In this document: piece by piece, positions 49,070 through 59,700 of the stretch
How positions within the stretch are numbered: position 1 is the first letter of the stretch
Layout of the letters: the number at the start of each line of letters is the position of its first letter
DNA from: an uncultured virus (IMG/VR IMGVR_UViG_2061766007_000739)
Taxonomy: Duplodnaviria; Heunggongvirae; Uroviricota; Caudoviricetes
DNA: 64,000 nucleotides
Virus record (IMG/VR): IMGVR_UViG_2061766007_000739
Strand: one strand, 5' to 3'
Notes under the pieces: model-generated
What the model saw: the letters and a program-made list of their open reading frames with translations, nothing else
Told to the model about the DNA's origin: nothing
Database searches by the model: none
Program-made: the position numbers and the translations under genes

Positions 49070-50313
49070 CTGACTAATTTACCCCTGCTTTTGAACGGGA
49101 GGACAATGTACTCGGAGTTTCCGTTTGGCAGTACAACAGCAATGATAATGCGGATTGTATTCGCATCATAATCTATGTCTACCTTGCTTTCTTCATAGTC
49201 AACCGACACGCGGGGCTCATATTCGTTAATTGCGGTGAAACATTCTTGAAGAATGCTCGTCTCATCATCTTCGTTCATTATACTGAATACGCGTTCCTCG
49301 ATTGTCGTACCAAAATCAGGATTGAAGAGGCGCTCACCTTTCCTTGTAAGCAAGATGTTATATATGTTTTGTATCAAGCTGTTCTCGTCGGTAATTTCGA
49401 CAAAATTATTAAATCCAAGGTCACGATTATACACTGCCGAACGACTCAGCCATTCATCGTCAACACCCGATCTAGCTGGATTGGCAAACACTTTGTTTCG
49501 CTTAGTCGCACTCGCATCATAATATACCTTGGCCGGATTACTCAGGACGTTACCTTCGATATCATAGATAAGCAATTCCGTCATCCCTTCAATCTTATCC
49601 GGGATATCGGGTACTACGATTTTCATTGAATGTTCGTTACCGGATACGATAGTTACATTCTCTCCATCAAGGGTAACCACCATTTCATTAACATTAGCAT
49701 CAAACGTGCGGTTCGGTGTCATTATTGTAATCGATGCGCGTCCACCAGGGGATAACGTACCTGGGTTCGTAACCACGTCGTATGGTGGTACGGCCACTGG
49801 ATGGTCCTCGATATGCAGTTTAGGATGACCTAACATTAACACGCCACCCTGTTCGAAGTCTCCGTATGTAGCAATCACCAGTGACACCTGTGACAGATGA
49901 TGTCTGCGCCAGTGCTTAACCACGGACTCGGGAATATCAAATGTCACCTCAATCGGATTTATCAGGGACTCATCATTGCAATGCCAACCAGGCGAACTTA
50001 TTGGGTCGCTGATGGCAATCGGACTTACATTAACCCTATCATTAACGGCATGATAAGTATCTGTTCCAATCCAGTTGGAATCACTCATTTCGTAAACACC
50101 GATTATGCCGATTTCATTGCCCAGAATATTTGAAGAATGCACATCAACACTTAATGTTATTATCGGGTTAGTAAGTTCATCCAGACCAGACAACGCAAAC
50201 TTACATGCCACAAAGGATGTTTCGGAAACTGGCAATGAAGTAGCATCACTGTGCGTAACGCCATTCTCGCCTGCCTTGAAATAGGTGTCATATATCGGAT
50301 GAATGTCAATCAC
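49066..50313 (-). CDS. gp25: Baseplate wedge gp25-like domain fused to N-terminal beta-sandwich (IPT/TIG-like) domains
   Basis: C-terminal SLIQNIYNILLTRKGERLFNPDFGT...AINEYEPRV; upstream PGTLSPGGRASITI...VTLDGE..TIVS...MKIVVP is IPT-like. Confidence 0.8.
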   Translation of the reverse strand: MIDIHPIYDTYFKAGENGVTHSDATSLPVSETSFVACKFALSGLDELTNPIITLSVDVHSSNILGNEIGIIGVYEMSDSNWIGTDTYHAVNDRVNVSPIAISDPISSPGWHCNDESLINPIEVTFDIPESVVKHWRRHHLSQVSLVIATYGDFEQGGVLMLGHPKLHIEDHPVAVPPYDVVTNPGTLSPGGRASITIMTPNRTFDANVNEMVVTLDGENVTIVSGNEHSMKIVVPDIPDKIEGMTELLIYDIEGNVLSNPAKVYYDASATKRNKVFANPARSGVDDEWLSRSAVYNRDLGFNNFVEITDENSLIQNIYNILLTRKGERLFNPDFGTTIEERVFSIMNEDDETSILQECFTAINEYEPRVSVDYEESKVDIDYDANTIRIIIAVVLPNGNSEYIVLPFKSRGKLVR

Positions 50314-50324
50314 TGACGCCTCAC

Positions 50325-52958
50325 TTAGAAACGACCCCGCCCAACACGCCTAGGTGTTACCCCGGTGACCTTGTTTACTTGTTTCGTCGGAGCCGGCTTG
50401 GGGATTACTTGCCTAATAGTTTCCTTACCGGCATCGGTCATCGGGATGTCTATCATCCCATCACCGTTATTTTTAATGAACCTAGCGTCTTCAGTAATGA
50501 GTTCCTTGTTTACGCCGTGCTCCAGCTCACTGTAATATTTCAGTATAGTCCCATCAGGCATTCCAGTCAACTGTTCAATCGTCCTACATAGGCATTCCAT
50601 CGGCTCCATGTTCGAGATGAATGAAATGGATTGAAGTAATCCACTTTGGGTGATATCGTCCAAGCGTATCGAGTCATCGATGAAGAACGATATATCACCA
50701 ATTTCCTTGTTGCCAACGTCCATTTCGGATGCGATGCTTTCGAGACGATTGGCCATACTCACAACATCCCCCGCACTCATTTCATGCAAGCGCAAACCGA
50801 TCATCTTAACATTAGAAAACTTAGGCGCATTTTCGTCCCCAATGACATAACGTTTGAACGCATTCACACTTGCCACCAAGGGAAGATCGCGAGTATCAAT
50901 ACCAAACAACGCGCCCATGCGATAAACCAAGTATCCCTTTCCGAAAATAGTCAGCACGTCATCGGTACCGGCATTTCCAAACTCTCTACCATATTCTTTG
51001 TTCAATGTATTGTAACAACGTTCAGCAAGATCGCCAAGTTGGACAGTTGGCATTGCTTTCTTGCGGATATCAACTGGATTCATTGTCAAAATGTCCCCGA
51101 TATCACCGCTTTCTGTCGCCTTCACAAACCGACGTTGCATGGCATTGTTGAATAGCATGGCGGCATCAACTACAGCACGTTTACCCCCACCCAAATCAAC
51201 TACTTTCTTCAGCAAAGCAGTCAACGACTTATCAGTCTCGGGTTTTACTATGGGAACACCCTTCGCACTAGACATAGAATATTTTACGCCAACGGTATCA
51301 CATGCCCACTTCATCAAACCTGCCGAAAATGCAGCCAGTTTTCCGGTTTCCCCTGGGTTGTTTAATGCATCGGATAACTCTGTTTCGAGATTGCACATTC
51401 TTGCAACTTCATGGGCACTTGGTGTATTCAATACCCGCATCAATCCATTTGCGGTCATCTGTTCACCAAAGGAGGAACTAAATTCGAGCATGCCATCATC
51501 AGCCTTGTGCGACACCAATCCTTCAGCCGCGGACGCCCCATGTTTATCATCCTTACCACCACCAATCGTATCAGTGTTTACTACACCAACCCCTAATGCA
51601 ATAGGGATAATCAACTTGCTTGACTTTAACTCATTGAGGATTGAAATAAACTTTGGAGCGTTCATCTTGACACACATAACACCACCATGTGTCTTTCTAC
51701 CCAAAACAGAACCGCATGGTCCAATTTTAAGTCCAATCTGTTCAATATTCAAATCCGAATCCTTTAGATACGGATCAATAAGTTCATTAAGCTTACCAAG
51801 AAAATCAATGCTTCCAATAACCACGGCATCTTCACCGGAAGAACAAATGCTCCCAAACTTTGGGTTGTATAGCGAACGAGGAATATCCCGGTTTCCACCC
51901 AATTTTGCAATAACATCGTCCTTGTTTGCGCCCTTGGCTAGGATTTCCAATGCCAATGATTCAATTGCATCATCCGGAACATTATATCCATCAAACCGCC
52001 CCCGTATCCAGGATTTGCAATTTTCGAGATCCGAGGCCAGAATAAACTGATTAAGCACATCAGTCTTCTCTCCAGCAGTCGTATGTTCTATGATGCCAAG
52101 AGTGGCAGTATTCCTTAAAACAATCGTTCTACCAATCTTAGACAGGGTCGCGACGCGATACAAATACTTCATGAGAGAACCTTCCCTCATGAAATCGCCA
52201 ATCCCATGAAGTCGTTCATCAATTTTTTTAAGAATCCACGCGATCTTTTCTTTAAAAACATCTTGCACAGCGCTTACTGTCGCATCGGTGGCATCGCCAT
52301 GGTTACGGTCCGTATAATTCCTATACTCAGCAGCGAATAACGACCTGAGTTCATCTTCAGTAATAAGTGTTCCAGCGTCCTTCAAATATTCCTTGTTTTC
52401 GGCAGCATATGAAAACAAGCTTTTCCACTGTTCTGATATTTCAGCAACAGAATAGATATTTTCAGCATCAATTTGACGCTTGTACTCGCGAAGACGACGC
52501 TCTTCTTCTTCACGCTCTGCACTGGTAAGACGTTTCGAACGCTTGGGCAATGACACCTGTGCAGTAGCTGGTTGTGTAGGGGCTGGCCGTTCACCACCAA
52601 TTACACCCGTAAGAACGCGCTTGGGAACTGGTGTTTTTACCGAGGTTTCATCCCCGGAGCCATCGCCAAATACAGATTCCTCACCCAAATCAATGGATGA
52701 TGATTTGTCATCTTCTTCATGATTGGAATCGGGAATGGGCTCTCTAGTATCATCGGCATGTTCCTCAGCAGGGTCACCAAATATGCTTTCTTCGCCCAAA
52801 TCGAACATGTCAAAACCACCGTTGCCCGAGGCTTCCATAATGGATTCAAAAATACCAGCCTTTTCCTTGCCTTCCTTTACTGCATTTTCCAAACGATTCC
52901 TAATACTAGAAAAAGCCGCTTTCGGGCTCATGGTGGTGGATCTTTTGTTATCGGCCAT
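50325..52958 (-). CDS. Large hypothetical protein (877 aa), probable virion or internal protein
   Basis: TATAAATC element upstream; N-terminal LEN/IFES/IMEA motifs and a duplicated DLGEES(I/V)FGD. Confidence 0.7.
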   Translation of the reverse strand: MADNKRSTTMSPKAAFSSIRNRLENAVKEGKEKAGIFESIMEASGNGGFDMFDLGEESIFGDPAEEHADDTREPIPDSNHEEDDKSSSIDLGEESVFGDGSGDETSVKTPVPKRVLTGVIGGERPAPTQPATAQVSLPKRSKRLTSAEREEEERRLREYKRQIDAENIYSVAEISEQWKSLFSYAAENKEYLKDAGTLITEDELRSLFAAEYRNYTDRNHGDATDATVSAVQDVFKEKIAWILKKIDERLHGIGDFMREGSLMKYLYRVATLSKIGRTIVLRNTATLGIIEHTTAGEKTDVLNQFILASDLENCKSWIRGRFDGYNVPDDAIESLALEILAKGANKDDVIAKLGGNRDIPRSLYNPKFGSICSSGEDAVVIGSIDFLGKLNELIDPYLKDSDLNIEQIGLKIGPCGSVLGRKTHGGVMCVKMNAPKFISILNELKSSKLIIPIALGVGVVNTDTIGGGKDDKHGASAAEGLVSHKADDGMLEFSSSFGEQMTANGLMRVLNTPSAHEVARMCNLETELSDALNNPGETGKLAAFSAGLMKWACDTVGVKYSMSSAKGVPIVKPETDKSLTALLKKVVDLGGGKRAVVDAAMLFNNAMQRRFVKATESGDIGDILTMNPVDIRKKAMPTVQLGDLAERCYNTLNKEYGREFGNAGTDDVLTIFGKGYLVYRMGALFGIDTRDLPLVASVNAFKRYVIGDENAPKFSNVKMIGLRLHEMSAGDVVSMANRLESIASEMDVGNKEIGDISFFIDDSIRLDDITQSGLLQSISFISNMEPMECLCRTIEQLTGMPDGTILKYYSELEHGVNKELITEDARFIKNNGDGMIDIPMTDAGKETIRQVIPKPAPTKQVNKVTGVTPRRVGRGRF

Positions 52959-53039
52959 ATTCAGTTTCCAAGTTTTTCCTTTAGCTACAGATTTATAGCC
53001 GATACATCAAAAAATGCACACATAATAGGTGCATTCACA

Positions 53040-53969
53040 TTATTCTTCATCTTCCGGTATGGTCGGTGGCATTTCTTCATCAGTTTCGGCTTCCAATTCC
53101 TTCTGCATGACTTCATCCTCCATCTCACGCAGTTTTTTATGGAACGTGGCATAACATTCCTCGACGCCGTCCGCATCAAGTGTCAAAGAATCTATCGGAA
53201 GCAATTCATCCTCGAATATGGACCTAGCAACCCGAGTCAATTTAGGCACATTAGGTACCCACACTTCAAATACAGAACCGTCCGTGGTGCAGATATTACC
53301 GATGGATATGATACTAGGTATTCCCCCGTAGGCTATTACCTCCATCATTCCGGTTGGTATACCCCGCTCGCTGTTCGGATCATCGCCGAAATCCTTATGC
53401 GCCCGTATCATCCGGCTTTCATCAGTATCAAGCGCAAAAATTTCAAGACGGGTCCCACCATCCTTCGATATCACGCCTTTCCGCTCATTCAACTTGGCAT
53501 TGACCAAATGCTCCTCAGTAATGTTTGGATCAATATCAGGAGACGGGATCGGTGGGTTATGCATGAGATATTCCTTGGCATATTCCAATGCATTATCACC
53601 GACCTGGATGAACCCGAGTGAGAACACCTGCCTATTATTTTCTGCATAAAGCTGAGAAACCAGACGGCCGCCATCGTTTGTGAACATGGCATCTTTCAAT
53701 CCGGCACCATCTATCGAACACGATGACGAAAATATGAATGGGATTCCTGCATACAGGAATAGAATTAGAAATTCCGCATGTATGCTGCCTATCGTTCCTG
53801 TAGATACATAAACCGGCACCGGCATGTAGAATAATTCCGGGTTACCCATCATGCCGTCAATTTCGTCCTTGAACAACTGTAAAATGTCTTCACCATCCTC
53901 GTCAGACAGCACGACACTATATTGTGCAAAGCACGAACTCAACCCAAGTTGACAAGGTACTGAAACCAT
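53040..53969 (-). CDS. Hypothetical acidic protein
   Basis: 309 aa ORF coupled to the upstream gene. Confidence 0.65.
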   Translation of the reverse strand: MVSVPCQLGLSSCFAQYSVVLSDEDGEDILQLFKDEIDGMMGNPELFYMPVPVYVSTGTIGSIHAEFLILFLYAGIPFIFSSSCSIDGAGLKDAMFTNDGGRLVSQLYAENNRQVFSLGFIQVGDNALEYAKEYLMHNPPIPSPDIDPNITEEHLVNAKLNERKGVISKDGGTRLEIFALDTDESRMIRAHKDFGDDPNSERGIPTGMMEVIAYGGIPSIISIGNICTTDGSVFEVWVPNVPKLTRVARSIFEDELLPIDSLTLDADGVEECYATFHKKLREMEDEVMQKELEAETDEEMPPTIPEDEE

Positions 53970-54331
53970 TAGAGAATCTTGGAAAGGGATGCAACAATCT
54001 TCTCATACAACGGAGAAGCGCTGTGGTCCGGTGTATTCTTCTTTTGCTCGTCAATCTCTTCCTGGACTTCCTTGACATATTCCGCAATCGTATCCATGAT
54101 TGGCTTGGGGAAGCTGGCGGTGTCATACTCGAACTTGCGTTCGGGACAGTTGCATTCGACCTTGCCATCAACGACCTTCACATCAAATTCCTTAGCCTCG
54201 TCATCCGTAATCTGGATAACTTCCAAGAATTCGGGAAAGGAAAAGTACGTCACCATGGTGGAAGGAATTTGGTGCGCATACTTGACGATATCATAGCGTT
54301 CAGGAATCGTAAGACTAATCTTCTTGCTCAT
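53969..54331 (-). CDS. Hypothetical protein
   Basis: 120 aa ORF with GAGG RBS downstream of dnaJ. Confidence 0.65.
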   Translation of the reverse strand: MSKKISLTIPERYDIVKYAHQIPSTMVTYFSFPEFLEVIQITDDEAKEFDVKVVDGKVECNCPERKFEYDTASFPKPIMDTIAEYVKEVQEEIDEQKKNTPDHSASPLYEKIVASLSKIL

Positions 54332-54343
54332 ATTATTAACCTC

Positions 54344-55330
54344 TTAACCAGAAACTATATCTTTTCGATGGTTTGAAAGTTCTTCCATGATACCCCTGAT
54401 AACATCAGGGTTAGGCTCATCAGCAGGAATGAACAGGAACTCACATGGATACGGCAATCCCATGAAATTTTCCATAGTTTCGGCATATCTGTATGTGCTT
54501 CCTGCCGGTATCTTCTTGACCATCAACGGACCAGGGTATTCCACTTCTAGAGTGGTTCCCAAAATGAAACTTTCCACTGGTAACCTTTGAACATATAAGA
54601 ACCTATCGCCATCAAAACTAAGGTAATCAGTTGCCTTTGGATGAAATTTCATCACCAAGTTGCCATTCTTCCCACCATATCGGCCACCGTTCCCCTTGCC
54701 TGGAACAGTCATATCGACTATTCCTTTCTTGTAATGGAATGAATGACTAACTTGTTTTCCCGTTACGCCAGTTCCATTGCATACCACACATTGTCCCACC
54801 GGTACCATGCCAGTACCTGCGCATTTCAGGCATCTGACAACCTTGTCACCTTCGTTGGTAACAGTGCGCACGTTCCGTTCCCCATGGCAATGCGGGCAGG
54901 TTTCCAGATGGTCACCACCTGTACCTGAACATTCAAGACATTCATGTTCGACCTTGTATTGCACGGTCATCAAAGCTGTTCCCTTCATGAAAGTTTCCAG
55001 TGAAATTTCCACATTTACACACGCATCAGTCCCATCGACCTTGCGCGGATCAGACGACATCGGGGAATTACCGAAATTCTTCGCAACATCAGATTTGCCC
55101 ATTGCTGCACTCCAAGTTGCCATTGTGCTTGAAAATGAATGCGATGCATCATATTTGCGGCGCAGTTCAGGTGTCTTAATCTTGGCATAAGCCTCGTTCA
55201 GTTCTGACATCTGTTCCAAGCTACCTCCGTGATCCGGATGCAATTCACGCGCACGCTTCTTATATGCACTCTGAATTTCCTCGTCACTGGATTTTCTGGT
55301 TACTCCTAGAATTGTATATACGTCTTTCAT
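54344..55330 (-). CDS. dnaJ: DnaJ/Hsp40 co-chaperone (class A)
   Basis: J domain with LHPD, four CxxCxG motifs (CLECSGTG, CPHCHGE, CLKCAGTG, CVVCNGTG) and GKGNGG..GG.NGNL. Confidence 0.92.
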   Translation of the reverse strand: MKDVYTILGVTRKSSDEEIQSAYKKRARELHPDHGGSLEQMSELNEAYAKIKTPELRRKYDASHSFSSTMATWSAAMGKSDVAKNFGNSPMSSDPRKVDGTDACVNVEISLETFMKGTALMTVQYKVEHECLECSGTGGDHLETCPHCHGERNVRTVTNEGDKVVRCLKCAGTGMVPVGQCVVCNGTGVTGKQVSHSFHYKKGIVDMTVPGKGNGGRYGGKNGNLVMKFHPKATDYLSFDGDRFLYVQRLPVESFILGTTLEVEYPGPLMVKKIPAGSTYRYAETMENFMGLPYPCEFLFIPADEPNPDVIRGIMEELSNHRKDIVSG

Positions 55331-55374
55331 GGTATTCCTCTCGATATTATAAACTATTTCCTAGAGGGTTTACC

Positions 55375-55893
55375 ATGGCCAAAAAAGATACATTTGTCAA
55401 TAGCGTAGTCAATGCGGGTAAGAAATCCGCCGGAATTACCCACCCAATCGAAACCAATGGCCCACAGAAGAGACGTGCTGGCTTCTATGGCTATGCGATG
55501 GGTAGTGCATTGAATGATATTCCGGGCAACGAAGCAAATGCAGCTGCCGATGTTGGTTATGCGACTTCCGGCGGATGTGACAGTGGTGCACCGGCAGCAG
55601 GAGAATCAATTGACCTTAAATCATTCAATTCATGTCTTGAAGCAGTCCGAGCACAAATGGAAAACAATCCCATTGCAGAACAAATGGCCGATATTTTCAA
55701 TCGCGCCCGTCAAGGTCAATGCAATACGGCTTTGTATGCAGGACCAGATGGCTACCAAAGTATGGGAAACGGTTCCCCAGTGGATATGGTAAAAGAAAAC
55801 CTTATAGCAACTGCCGCAGCCAACTGCGAGAGCGCACTCAAACTATTTAAGGCAGTCGCTGGTGTGGATTACTGGGTATTTCGCCGCTGCTGA
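55375..55893 (+). CDS. Hypothetical protein, probable late gene
   Basis: TATAAACT at 55348 and GAGGG RBS; ATG at 55375. Confidence 0.65.
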   Translation: MAKKDTFVNSVVNAGKKSAGITHPIETNGPQKRRAGFYGYAMGSALNDIPGNEANAAADVGYATSGGCDSGAPAAGESIDLKSFNSCLEAVRAQMENNPIAEQMADIFNRARQGQCNTALYAGPDGYQSMGNGSPVDMVKENLIATAAANCESALKLFKAVAGVDYWVFRRC

Positions 55894-55942
55894 ATCACAT
55901 TTTAGTATAGTTTAACCTCGGAAATTACCCGAGGTTTTTATT

Positions 55943-56734
55943 ATGGAACAAGAAGTAACACAGCCAGTCACCCCAGTCAAACGTATAGTTGATATCCTGG
56001 TTGACGAAAACGGAAACCCAAAGGAAGGGGAAGTGAGCAAAAAGACTCTTACATTCGAGTCAATTGACATGCCGACTTACGACGAAGTCGTTGGAAAGAC
56101 CCTGCCCGACTATGACGATTTCGAGGTACTCCGCGGAAAGATGGGTGCATGCGACGAACTTGCCGAGTTTACCAAGGTGTTCTATTACAAGGTGAAGGTA
56201 GACCCTCCGGTCAACGGCAAGGATTACCGTATTGAACAATTGCCGAAATACCCAAAGTTCCTTGCACTCTTTGAAGGGAAAAAGACAATTAACGAGATCA
56301 CCCTATTCGATGTCAACAATAAATTCAACAAGGAAGCGTTCGAAGAAGCTATCCAGGAAGATGAATTCAACAACAATCTGGCCGAGGCGGCAGCCGAAAT
56401 CATGAAGAACATGAAGCATGAACACCGCTTCTCGTTCGATGCCGAATTGAAGGAAAGTGACCGTGTTATCCTCAAAAAGTGGATTAAGGACACTGATGGC
56501 TTCACTACATATCGTGACCTTTTGTCGGACTCCTTCCGTGACATGCTCCCTGATTTTGCCAAGTTGGGCGAAGCATGCGAAAACCCGATTGACTTCAACA
56601 TGAATCCAAATATATTCTTCGCGCCACAAACGGATGAAGGTGCAGAAGGTGAATATGAGGAAGACGAAACACCCACCAATGATTTGGGCGGTTTTATGCC
56701 TACAGCCGGTGGATGGAGTGTTGAAGAAAATTAA
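55943..56734 (+). CDS. Hypothetical acidic protein
   Basis: 263 aa ORF with GAGG RBS, followed by a terminator hairpin at about 56756-56783. Confidence 0.7.
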   Translation: MEQEVTQPVTPVKRIVDILVDENGNPKEGEVSKKTLTFESIDMPTYDEVVGKTLPDYDDFEVLRGKMGACDELAEFTKVFYYKVKVDPPVNGKDYRIEQLPKYPKFLALFEGKKTINEITLFDVNNKFNKEAFEEAIQEDEFNNNLAEAAAEIMKNMKHEHRFSFDAELKESDRVILKKWIKDTDGFTTYRDLLSDSFRDMLPDFAKLGEACENPIDFNMNPNIFFAPQTDEGAEGEYEEDETPTNDLGGFMPTAGGWSVEEN

Positions 56735-56784
56735 CCGTCCCCCTCCATTTGGACGAAAAATCCCACCGAATGGCGGGATTTTGT

Positions 56785-59700
56785 TTATACAGTTTCTTCC
56801 TTATCGGCAGGGTGCGGAGCTACCGGAGATACCTGCGGTGCGGGAGCCGGCGCCGTCTGTGGCTTTTTGATGGCACTAGGCTTCTTCGACGTGGGTGCCG
56901 GAGCTTCCGGAGCTGGGGCGGAAATCGGTTTCTTTCCAACCGGACCACGGCGTCTTACCGGTGGGGGAGGCGTATTGTCAGCCGGCGGGTTCAACCACTT
57001 TACAGTAACACCATATTCACTGTGTACGGTATCGCCATCAGCAACCATCTTCTTAGCAACATTCGCAGCCACCTTCGATATATCGGACTTCACTTTACCC
57101 TCAATCATAATGATAGCGTTTTCCGGAATTGCCTTCTTCTTATGGCTAAGATATTCCATAATTTCACGCTTAAATTCGGCCTGAGATCCATCAGTGAACT
57201 TTCCTCCGAACAAGCTGTTGACGATACTGGAAATCTTAGACACACCGAAGGTTACGGCAAACTGGTTCTTAGCGCCATCGGTGAATGCATGGGTAAAGTT
57301 ACCATCATCGTCACTCGTCGCCCATTTACGACCAGTGCCGGAATCCATCGAATCCTTCACCAGNNNNNNNNNNNNNNNNNNNNNNNNNNNNNNNNNNNNN
57401 NNNNNNNNNNNNNNNNNNNNNNNNNNNNNNNNNNNNNNNNNNNNNNNNNNNNNNNNNNNNNNNNNNNNNNNNNNNNNNNNNNNNNNNNNNNNNNNNNNNN
57501 NNNNNNNNNNNNNNNNNNNNNNNNNNNNNNNNNNNNNNNNNNNNNNNNNNNNNNNNNNNNNNNNNNNNNNNNNNNNNNNNNNNNNNNNNNNNNNNNNNNN
57601 NNNNNNNNNNNNNNNNNNNNNNNNNNNNNNNNNNNNNNNTCTTCTCGTTGAAAGCATACTTTTCGGCCAAGGTTTTCTGAGACTCCATGCCATCCTGCAC
57701 TTCCTTACAGAAATCACGCACACTACCTTCAAATCCAGTGCCCGTCTTCAACATTTCAAATGTATCGTTCATCTGAGCGATATCACGACGGGTCATAGCT
57801 GACCTAGATGGAACAGGATACTGTTCCAACACCTTACGAACGGTGTTTTTAATGCTGTCAAATGATTTGGTGTTAGCTTGAGTAACATAGCTAGTACCGA
57901 AATTGCCACCAACCGCCCTGGTACGAGCGTTAGCGGCATTGATGGAACCAGTTACATTTCCACTAATACCATTGAGTTCCTGCTCAAACTCACGCAATGC
58001 ACTTCTCTGGTGACGACGAGCAGCGGCCCCACGAGCCGGAGTACCGGTCTGTTGAGACTGCTTTGCCGCATAATCAATCAACCGAGAATACCAACCACCG
58101 CCACCAGATGTACGAAGTTTAGACATCAAATCCTTGATAGATTCAAGATCATATGAAGTGTCACCCTTCGACTCCAGTGAAAGACGGCAAATTTCCACGA
58201 ACTTAGCATATTCAGCACCTTCAACATCCTTGATGTAGGCNNNNNNNNNNGCCACCACCAGATGTACGAAGTTTAGACATCAAATCCTTGATAGATTCAA
58301 GGTCATATGAAGTGTCACCCTTCGACTCCAGTGAAAGCCGGCAGATTTCCACGAACTTAGCATATTCAGCACCTTCAACATCCTTGATGTAGGCAAGCTT
58401 CGGGCCAACAGTCTTTGCAATCTGAGCCAGGTTTGCTGCATTAGCTGTGCGAATACCGTTTGTGTTGAGCCAATCAGCGATGCCAGTAGGTGTTTGCATG
58501 GATGAATCGTTGCCCAAGTCGGAAATGAACTTAGCAGTCTTAGTACCAAGAATCATGGAAGCGTTTTTACGACCAACCAACACTGTATGCAATGCAGCAG
58601 AAAGTTGTGCATCTGCTTTGGCGATAGCGCTATCTATCTTGGTACCACGATCAAGCACACCCCTCGGGTCGGTGCCAAATAAGGTAATGATTTTGTCGCA
58701 AAGAAGGTTGCTTATTTCGTTCCGCTCACCAACACTGGGCGAATTCATAGCCTGACCCGCAGCCTCAGAATTTAGCGCAGCCTTGACGAAGTTAACAGCA
58801 TCTTCACCTGCCATTTCCTGCAATTTATCAAATGCAGCGTTACGAGACGCAATGCGAGCATCATTATTCTTGCCGGTTGGATTAATAATACCATCGACCA
58901 CACCCTTAAGTGCAGACTTGTCGGCAATCTCACGATTAGGATATTCACCGGTGAGCGCCTTAGTGAATTCATCCGAGTCATAAGCGGCACCAACCGTTTC
59001 ATCCGCATTGATTTCGTTACGGATGTTTTCAGTAAATGCAGCATGCGCAGCATTTCGCTCAGCCGGGTCCAGAGCAGCACAGATTGCAGCAGTCTTACCG
59101 CCATCAAGGTTACCCGCAAGGTCGAAGAATGTGTCAGCCACCTTCTTCATCAATTCCGGTTCATTTTTACGCATGACATCAAACGAACGGTTGCTGAGTA
59201 AGCTATCGGTAATCTGATAACGAACTGCGCGAATGAATGCATCAGTTACCTGCGGTTTTTGAATCAAGTTGATTGCACGATTGGCAAATGCAGCAGATTT
59301 ACCACCGAATGCCATATCAGCATAGCTAGTGCCCGCATTGGAACCAGTCTTAATCAAATCGGTGAGAGCAAGCTTTTCAAAAACTTCACCGAAGTTCTGA
59401 CCGAGCTCGATAATAGCCGCTTTCACTGACTTGTACTCGCGGTCATTAGCCGCTTCCGAAGTAATAATCTTTTCGCCGATTGCAGCTGCATCATTGTTCG
59501 GCATGAGGCCTACATTGATTTCGGTATCAAGACGGTGCAACTTGTTATCAACATCATGCGCAGTCCGGACAAAATAATCCAAGGTGCGGCGAGCACCGGC
59601 ATTGACGCCCATATCAAAATCCTGATACAGGCTCTCCAACGAATGCGCAAGATTCTTGTCAGTTACACTATCACGAGCATTATTCAGTATGTAATGTGCG

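Noticed and set aside
58100..58400. Roughly 140-bp direct repeat or frameshift in the giant gene
   Set aside because: It is an overlap of two variant contigs across a 10-N gap.
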